NCBI GenBank assembly: GCA_049699855.1
Contig: JBNAWM010000006.1
Span: forward strand, 1-30,659
Length of the DNA stretch: 30,659 nt
Direction of reading: 5' to 3'
Origin: Candidatus Cryosericum sp.
GTDB lineage: Bacteria > Caldisericota > Caldisericia > Cryosericales > Cryosericaceae
The notes under the pieces are model-generated. The model saw only the letters and a program-made list of their open reading frames with translations, did not search any database and was not told the DNA's origin. The position numbers and the translations under genes were made by a program. The first letter of the stretch is position 1. Every line of letters starts with the position of its first letter. Positions 24,927 to 30,659 of this stretch are shown piece after piece.

Positions 24927-26069
24927 CTATGTCAGTTCGATGGTAGGCGAGCGAGACACCCATGCTGCCAACATGGGGTCTACAACAAAGAAACGTCCTG
25001 TAGTGGGGGAGCGCTCGACCAGATCGAGGTCGAGCAAGGACTTGATGGCCCGCTGCACGGTGCCGGCCACGAGACCGTGCCGGCGGAGGTAATCGGAGGC
25101 TGTCAGTTGAGTTGTCGATTCTGCTGCCAGCGCCTGCAGGAGCGTGCGCTGACCCAAAGGCAGGCTGATCCAAACCGATCCGAACTCGACTTCTGCCATT
25201 GCTAGCAGACTGGCATAGGCTTCCTTGACCTTTTCCTCCGAGCATCTCAGAGTCGATAAGTCCCATGCCGTCGCAGCGAGCCGCTGCACGTATGCGGGAT
25301 ATCCGTCCACTCGATCGTAGATCAGGCCGGCCGTTTCCAGCGAGCACTTCTTGCCGGTACGGTCGAAGCGTTCTGCAATGTATGAAACAAAGTCATCACG
25401 TGGAATTCTCTCGAGAGGCATGAGATAGGCCGTCTGGTAGAGGGGTCGCGCGCGAGTGAACATCTCTGCCAATGCTTGTCGACGACTGCCCACAAAGAAG
25501 AATGATATGCTGTGGTGGTCCTGAAGATAGGAGCGCAAAGTGGCCTCAATCGTGTGCGAGCCAGGCAATCTACCGATTTCCTGGAACTCATCGAGGACAA
25601 CACACGCCGGAATCTTCTGCCGTTCAACGTATCGATACAGACTATCGAGCACATCGGTGAGCGACACGATTGCATCGGCATCCTGAGCAAGACTGACAGA
25701 GACGGTCGCTCCCGCAGGAGTAAGGTCGATCGACGGTGTAATACGCGAAAACAGGTTTTTGACGCGCTTCGCCAGAGTGATGGGATCAGCACCTCTGCCA
25801 AGATCGCTCACAAGGGCCGCGGCAAGCTTGCGTGGAACATCCAAGTCGGAAGCGATCGAAAGCAGGTCCACGTAGACTGTGAGAAAGCCAGAGGCTCTCA
25901 ACTGGTCCTGTGCCTCAAGGACAAGTGATGACTTGCCATACTGCCTGGGAGACACCAGGATGACATTGCGGCCGTTCTGAGCATGATTGCTGAGAACTTC
26001 CAGCTCATGCTTCCTGTCACACAGATCCGGGCCGCGCACAAGTCCCAGCGTAAAAGGGTTCCCAATCAT
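24927..26069 (-). CDS. AAA+/P-loop ATPase of the archaeal-ATPase (ATPase_2, STAND-like) type with a C-terminal winged helix
   Basis: NPFTLG...LCDRKHEL start, Walker A SPRQYGKS, Walker B VVLDEFQE, FFVGS, GYPAYVQ, and wHTH GTVQRAIKSLLDLDLVE...FFVVDPMLAAW. Confidence 0.88.
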   Translation of the reverse strand: MIGNPFTLGLVRGPDLCDRKHELEVLSNHAQNGRNVILVSPRQYGKSSLVLEAQDQLRASGFLTVYVDLLSIASDLDVPRKLAAALVSDLGRGADPITLAKRVKNLFSRITPSIDLTPAGATVSVSLAQDADAIVSLTDVLDSLYRYVERQKIPACVVLDEFQEIGRLPGSHTIEATLRSYLQDHHSISFFFVGSRRQALAEMFTRARPLYQTAYLMPLERIPRDDFVSYIAERFDRTGKKCSLETAGLIYDRVDGYPAYVQRLAATAWDLSTLRCSEEKVKEAYASLLAMAEVEFGSVWISLPLGQRTLLQALAAESTTQLTASDYLRRHGLVAGTVQRAIKSLLDLDLVERSPTTGRFFVVDPMLAAWVSRSPTIELT

Positions 26070-26109
26070 TGAACACCCCCATCATCTTGCTCTTATATCG
26101 TCAAGAGCA

Positions 26110-26151
26110 TGCATAGTGCATAACGCACAATGCATAACGCATGTTGCGTTA
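26110..26151. repeat. Six phased degenerate heptamers upstream of the ATPase gene
   Basis: TGCATAG TGCATAA CGCACAA TGCATAA CGCATGT TGCGTTA. Confidence 0.8.
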
Positions 26152-26268
26152 TACCCTATGGTATTGCAAATCAGTCGTCAGTCAAGGAGATCGACCGGTT
26201 GTTCTGGCCTTGTAGATCGAATGCAGCTATACTCTTTCTGTACCCAGAACAAGCGATGAGGAGGTATC

Positions 26269-26718
26269 ATGAGCGACGAAATCGTACGCGTTGGTATCAT
26301 TATCTGCGACCGGTATCACACCTGTGCCGCGGGCAAGTGTTTTCGCTCCCTGAAAAACCGTGAGGGGGCGTTCAGCATCTACGCGGGGAAAGAAGTTGAA
26401 CTGGTGGGCCACACCACCTGCGGTGGTTGCCCTGGCGGCAACATCGAATACGCTCCCGCCGAGATGAAGAAGAACGGAGCGACCGTCATCCACCTCGCTA
26501 CGGGCATGGTGGTCGGCTACCCACCCTGCACGCGCGTCGACTTCTTCCGGCGCTACATTCCCGAGCAATTTGGCATTCCCGTCGTCGTCGGCACGCACCC
26601 CATCCCCCAGAAGTACTTCAAGATCCATACTGCCCTGGGTTCATGGAACTCCCCGCTCTGGCAGGAGCTGATTCAACCCACCCTTGCCACCGAGGAAATC
26701 CGCCTGGCCTACGACTAG
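26269..26718 (+). CDS. CGGC domain metal-binding protein
   Basis: SD GAGGAGG; GIIICDRYHTCAAGKC, TTCGGCPG, IHLATG, PPC and VVGTH. Confidence 0.9.
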   Translation: MSDEIVRVGIIICDRYHTCAAGKCFRSLKNREGAFSIYAGKEVELVGHTTCGGCPGGNIEYAPAEMKKNGATVIHLATGMVVGYPPCTRVDFFRRYIPEQFGIPVVVGTHPIPQKYFKIHTALGSWNSPLWQELIQPTLATEEIRLAYD

Positions 26719-26773
26719 TCGCAATTGTGAAGACGTTGGTGCCTGACACCAAAGGGATTCACAATTGGCGAGG

Positions 26774-29224
26774 TTATGGGGGTGAGGAAGCCGGAAGGAT
26801 GATGGAGAACATACTCCCCTTGCCGACCTCGCTGGTGACGGCGACATGGCCGTGCATGGCTTCGACCGCCTTGTGCACGATGGCCAGGCCCAGGCCGTTG
26901 CCTCCGGACTCTCGGCTTCGGCTTGGGTCCACACGACTGAAGCGGTCCCAGATGTGCGGCAGTGCCTCGGGGGGTATGCCGGAACCCTGGTCGGTGACCG
27001 CGATGGTCACCCTGTCTTTGGTTTGCTGAGCAGTGATGGCGACAGTTGTCCCTTCGGGAGCGTACCGGACGGCGTTGTCGACCAGGTTGTCCAGTGCTAC
27101 GGTCAGCAGTTCGCGATTGGTGGTGACAGTCAGTGCCTCGGACGGCGTTTGCAGTGTTACCGACTTCGCGTTCAGGGCCTCGGCATGCGCGCTGTGCAGG
27201 TCGGTCCAGATGTCCAGCAGTTGGACGGGTCCAAGTGAAGCAGGTTGATCGCGGTCGAGGCGCGCCAGCAGGAGCAGCGATTCAGAGAGATGCGTGGAGC
27301 GTTCCGCCTGGGACGCGATAGCCGTGAGATGCCTCCGGAAGTCCTCGGGCTGCTCGTCCTGGTTGAGCGCAACCTGCGCGTTTAGGGCAATCGAACTCAG
27401 CGGCGTGCGCAGTTCGTGTCCGGCGTCTCCGGTGAACTGTTCCAGACGGTGCATCGATTCGACGAGCGGGTGCAGGGCCAGGCTGGCCGCGATCAGACCG
27501 GCCAGGACAATGAACAGGAGGGCAACGGGTCCAGCCCATGCGGCAGATTTCCACAATTCCTGCATGTCCTGCTCGACTGGGCGCATCGTCGTTCCCAGCA
27601 GGAACGTATACACGACGCCGTCTTTCAGCCGGCCGCTGGCTCCGATGACGCGCACGACCAGGTTGCGGCCAGGCGGAAGGGACCAGTCCGTATGATTCGG
27701 GATGATATGGGTGGCAGGGGTGTCCGTGGCTGTCACGACGCTGAGCATGCTCTCTGCCGGGTTGATGATGATGCCGCCCGGCTGCCCGTCCTTCTGCTGG
27801 AACTTCAGCGAGTAGATCATGCCGGTCCGGGCGATGGTCAGCAAGTAGTCCGCAGACTGAAGGGACTTCTCGGCGGCATTCGATGAGTCCAGGCTGCTAA
27901 GCAAGCCGCTGACCATAGCGGCGTCATGTTGAAGCGTCTTGTCCAGGCGGGCGACGGAAGCCGCCTCGTACGTCTGCACGAACCATCCAGCGGCGGGCGC
28001 CAGCACCAGGCACACGACGAGGATCGTGAGAACGGCCTGGCGCACAACCGCGTGACGCAGGATCTCTTCTGAAGATAAGATCGCACGGTCATGACGCTGG
28101 CCCGTCAGGTATCCTAGTGCGAAGAGGACGGTGAGGAGAGCGGGAACAGTCCACAGGAGCGTACGGCGCAGGTTTATGTCTTGCCAGTACTCTGGCTCCG
28201 GTGCTACCAGCTCGACCCGGACATTGTCCTTTGTGGCGGATGTCAGGTAAGCGGGTCGCGGTGTGCTACTCTCGATGGATGGGGCCAGTTCACGCCAAGC
28301 CGGTGGGTCGCCAGTCTTCTGATATGCTGCGGGACCGTAATCTACGCCTGCCCTGTCCCGCAGCTTGCCGTCCACCAGGATGCGGAACGAGGAGTCCGGG
28401 TAGGACATGGCATTCGTTGCGTGCAGGTATGCCGCCGAGATCGCACCGGACTTGATCGAAGTGGACATCGAGGTCACGGTGGAGGTCAGGCTGAGATCCG
28501 TCGCGCGGGCGAAATTCCCCCGTGCTTCGGCATGTGTCCGGCTGACGAGCGTCCATACGACAGGAACAGCGAGCAGTGCGCCGATGAGCGCCAGAGTGAA
28601 TCCTCGGCGCAGTGGCGCCCACGACTGCGCTCGGCGGCTCATGTGGTTCGCAGGCAGGATGAACACGATGATGACGCACACGGCTGCGAGACACATACAC
28701 GCCCACATGGCGATCATCAACGATTGCGAGGTCCTGACCTGAGCTGCAGTGGGACCGGCGCTGCCGATGAGGAGCTCACCCGAGACGGTACCCATGGTTG
28801 AACTCATATACGTGACGTAGAGTGGCTGAAGTTCGTCCGGCGCATTCACGGGTGCCAGCGACATGCGGTAATGCCAGAAGTTCTCGCCTGTCGTGCCTCC
28901 TAGGACTTGGTCGAAGCTGTAGTCGGTCCCCACAAGGACGTCGATGTTCTTGCTTGCGATGCGCACGCGGATGAATCCCCGCGCACCAAGACCGGACAGC
29001 TGGTCTGTGATCGCACCCCGAACCGTCTCATTCGTGATCACCTTCGCGTTCAGGTTTGCGATGCGCTCGCTGATTGTTGTGTTCACCTCGGCGATCGTGA
29101 TCTCCTGTGTGTCCGGATCGGCCGCGCCATTCGTTGCTCTGCGCATGAGGCTTCCGCAGACGATGGCTGCAATCAGCAGCAGTCCGGCCACTCCGAGCAG
29201 CATAAGGCGTCGCGTTCTCTTCAT
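26774..29224 (-). CDS. Membrane sensor histidine kinase (HisKA + HATPase_c) with six TM helices
   Basis: H-box FTGDAGHELRTPL, N-box NLVDNAVRY, G1 DQGSGI, F-box IWDRFSRVD and G2 GNGLGLAI. SD AAGGAGG lies 9 nt before ATG 29224; ATG 29233 abuts the SD. Confidence 0.92.
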   Translation of the reverse strand: MKRTRRLMLLGVAGLLLIAAIVCGSLMRRATNGAADPDTQEITIAEVNTTISERIANLNAKVITNETVRGAITDQLSGLGARGFIRVRIASKNIDVLVGTDYSFDQVLGGTTGENFWHYRMSLAPVNAPDELQPLYVTYMSSTMGTVSGELLIGSAGPTAAQVRTSQSLMIAMWACMCLAAVCVIIVFILPANHMSRRAQSWAPLRRGFTLALIGALLAVPVVWTLVSRTHAEARGNFARATDLSLTSTVTSMSTSIKSGAISAAYLHATNAMSYPDSSFRILVDGKLRDRAGVDYGPAAYQKTGDPPAWRELAPSIESSTPRPAYLTSATKDNVRVELVAPEPEYWQDINLRRTLLWTVPALLTVLFALGYLTGQRHDRAILSSEEILRHAVVRQAVLTILVVCLVLAPAAGWFVQTYEAASVARLDKTLQHDAAMVSGLLSSLDSSNAAEKSLQSADYLLTIARTGMIYSLKFQQKDGQPGGIIINPAESMLSVVTATDTPATHIIPNHTDWSLPPGRNLVVRVIGASGRLKDGVVYTFLLGTTMRPVEQDMQELWKSAAWAGPVALLFIVLAGLIAASLALHPLVESMHRLEQFTGDAGHELRTPLSSIALNAQVALNQDEQPEDFRRHLTAIASQAERSTHLSESLLLLARLDRDQPASLGPVQLLDIWTDLHSAHAEALNAKSVTLQTPSEALTVTTNRELLTVALDNLVDNAVRYAPEGTTVAITAQQTKDRVTIAVTDQGSGIPPEALPHIWDRFSRVDPSRSRESGGNGLGLAIVHKAVEAMHGHVAVTSEVGKGSMFSIILPASSPP

Positions 29225-29305
29225 CTCGTCCATCCTCCTTGTCCGGCAGGCCGCCGGACGTTATCGTCGAAGAGCCCTCTTTCTGTTACGGCGGCCTGCC
29301 TGTAT

Positions 29306-29337
29306 ACCATAGCAAGTCCACGTTAAGACAACGTTAA
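29306..29337 (-). promoter_or_regulatory. OmpR/PhoB-type direct-repeat box plus extended -10 driving the kinase gene
   Basis: The minus strand reads TTAACGT-TGTC-TTAACGT-GGACTTGC-TATGGT. Confidence 0.65.
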
Positions 29338-29373
29338 CCGTATTGAGGCGTTGTGTCCAGAGACGCTCTCATT

Positions 29374-29405
29374 TTAACGTTGCGTTAACGATTTAGTGCC
29401 ATACT
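29374..29405 (+). promoter_or_regulatory. OmpR/PhoB-type direct-repeat box plus extended -10 driving the beta-propeller gene
   Basis: The plus strand reads TTAACGT-TGCG-TTAACGA-TTTAGTGC-CATACT. Confidence 0.65.
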
Positions 29406-29447
29406 GCCAAGAAGGCAAGCGCGGCAGCACATGGAGGTGGTTCGACA

Positions 29448-30659
29448 ATGGATATGCCCGTGAGCAAATGGAAACTGTGGGCTGATGTCATTATTGGCTG
29501 GCTACTGATCGTGGCAGTCGTTGTATTCATCAAGGTTGCCATTCCTCGGCTGCAGAAGCGTGCGCTCAGCAATGACCCCGGAGTACCTACCGGGGTGCAG
29601 TGGACGGCACTGGGCAACATCTGGGGCGGCGACGTGTCAGCGCTGACGTCGTCGGCCGACGGACGCTTGTATGCCGGCATGGCGAGTGGTGCAATCTACC
29701 GTTCTCTGGACGGCATGAGCTGGAAACTCCTCTCCAGGACGAAGTCCGGACAGGGTGTGACGGCGTTGACGGCGACATCTGGCCCGATGACGGTGATTGT
29801 CCGGGCGGTCGAGCGCGAGGGCCTGCAGGTGAGCGATGACGACGGTCAGACATGGCGGCAGTCCGGCCGGGGTTTCGGTGACGATACAGTCACAGCACTG
29901 GGGCAGGCGGGGGATGGAGCCCTCCTGTACGTGGCGACCGCCAACCACGGCATCCAGGTCTCACGGGACTTGGGCAGGCACTGGCGATCGGCGAACACGG
30001 GCTTACCGACCCTCAACATCAGTTGCCTGTTGGCGACAACGGCTGGTGGTAATCGGTTGTTCGCCGGCACCTACGACCAGGGTGTCTTTGTTGCAGATAC
30101 GGCGACGCTCACGTGGAAGGCATGCGGACGTGACGGTCTCCCCCAGACACCGTCGGTCACCGCTTTGGCGTGGGATGCATCGCGACCAGACACGATTGCA
30201 GCTGTGATCAGCCATACGAACGTCTACATCAGCACGGGTGGCGGAGCGACGTGGACATCAGCGGCAGAACTCCCGCAGGGTTCTGGTGATGTGTCTGCCA
30301 TGAGCGTGATTGTGCGGCCGTCATGGCAGCTGGTCGTCGGCACAAGCTCTGGGAGCGTGTATGTGGCAGCCGAACCATTGAAGGGGTGGCAGGTCGCGTC
30401 GCCCGCCATGCGCGGGTTTGGGATCCGCACGCTGTGTCGGTGGATGGATAGGACCCTCATTGCTGGTACGCCAGGGGGAGTATTCGAGACGGACACTGCG
30501 TCATGGAAGTGGGCTGACGTCAGCACAGGGATCCAGGAGACCGTAATCACCTGCGTCGTACTCGATCCCGCGAGCTCATCGCGACTGTACGTCGGAACGA
30601 CGGGTGGCATGTACGTTTCGCGTGACGGAGGGACTACCTGGGGCCGGACAGCAACGGAA
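29448..30659 (+). CDS. Membrane-anchored BNR/Asp-box beta-propeller protein, truncated by the window end and absent from the ORF track
   Basis: SD GGAGGT before ATG 29448. Manual translation gives MDMPVSKWKLWADVIIGWLLIVAVVVFIKVA, then Asp-box repeats SLDGMSW, SDDDGQTW, SRDLGRHW, STGGGATW and SRDGGTTW. I found no in-frame stop before the window end. Confidence 0.85.
   Translation, partial: MDMPVSKWKLWADVIIGWLLIVAVVVFIKVAIPRLQKRALSNDPGVPTGVQWTALGNIWGGDVSALTSSADGRLYAGMASGAIYRSLDGMSWKLLSRTKSGQGVTALTATSGPMTVIVRAVEREGLQVSDDDGQTWRQSGRGFGDDTVTALGQAGDGALLYVATANHGIQVSRDLGRHWRSANTGLPTLNISCLLATTAGGNRLFAGTYDQGVFVADTATLTWKACGRDGLPQTPSVTALAWDASRPDTIAAVISHTNVYISTGGGATWTSAAELPQGSGDVSAMSVIVRPSWQLVVGTSSGSVYVAAEPLKGWQVASPAMRGFGIRTLCRWMDRTLIAGTPGGVFETDTASWKWADVSTGIQETVITCVVLDPASSSRLYVGTTGGMYVSRDGGTTWGRTATE

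Noticed and set aside
24760..25347. 195-aa minus-strand ORF overlapping the 3' end of the ATPase gene
   Set aside because: It is out of frame with the motif-supported ATPase, has low-complexity composition and has no clear SD.

Overview
A GC-rich (roughly 60% by eye) bacterial chromosomal segment with about 25 protein-coding genes and no rRNA, tRNA or CRISPR array that I can support. The secreted beta-propellers with a copper-amine-oxidase-like stalk domain and the SLH-fused peptide-binding protein suggest an anaerobe such as a member of Caldisericota (inference only). In order: the 3' end of a CrtC/AttH-like lipocalin gene, a membrane-anchored hypothetical, an ArsR(CzrA-type)-CzcD metal efflux pair, a YccA/BI-1 protein, a YabE/RpfB-like G5+3D protein, lysA with a flavodoxin-PNPOx fusion, two secreted repeat proteins, an OadA/PycB-like carboxyltransferase, an SLH-OppA plus oppBCDF operon, a REP-associated-type Y1 HUH transposase inside 25-bp inverted repeats, a DUF2202/DUF134-NifX/Mrp/CGGC metal or Fe-S cluster interrupted by an AAA ATPase, an orphan 6-TM histidine kinase and a divergent, truncated beta-propeller gene. 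The strongest unexplained signals are non-coding: phased 7-bp arrays at both ends of the ATPase gene, the inverted repeats around the transposase, mirror-image TTAACG direct-repeat promoters between the kinase and the propeller gene, a shared TGTACG-N17-GTASTA promoter-like motif before two secreted Gly/Arg-tailed proteins, and a rod-like structured leader before the opp operon.
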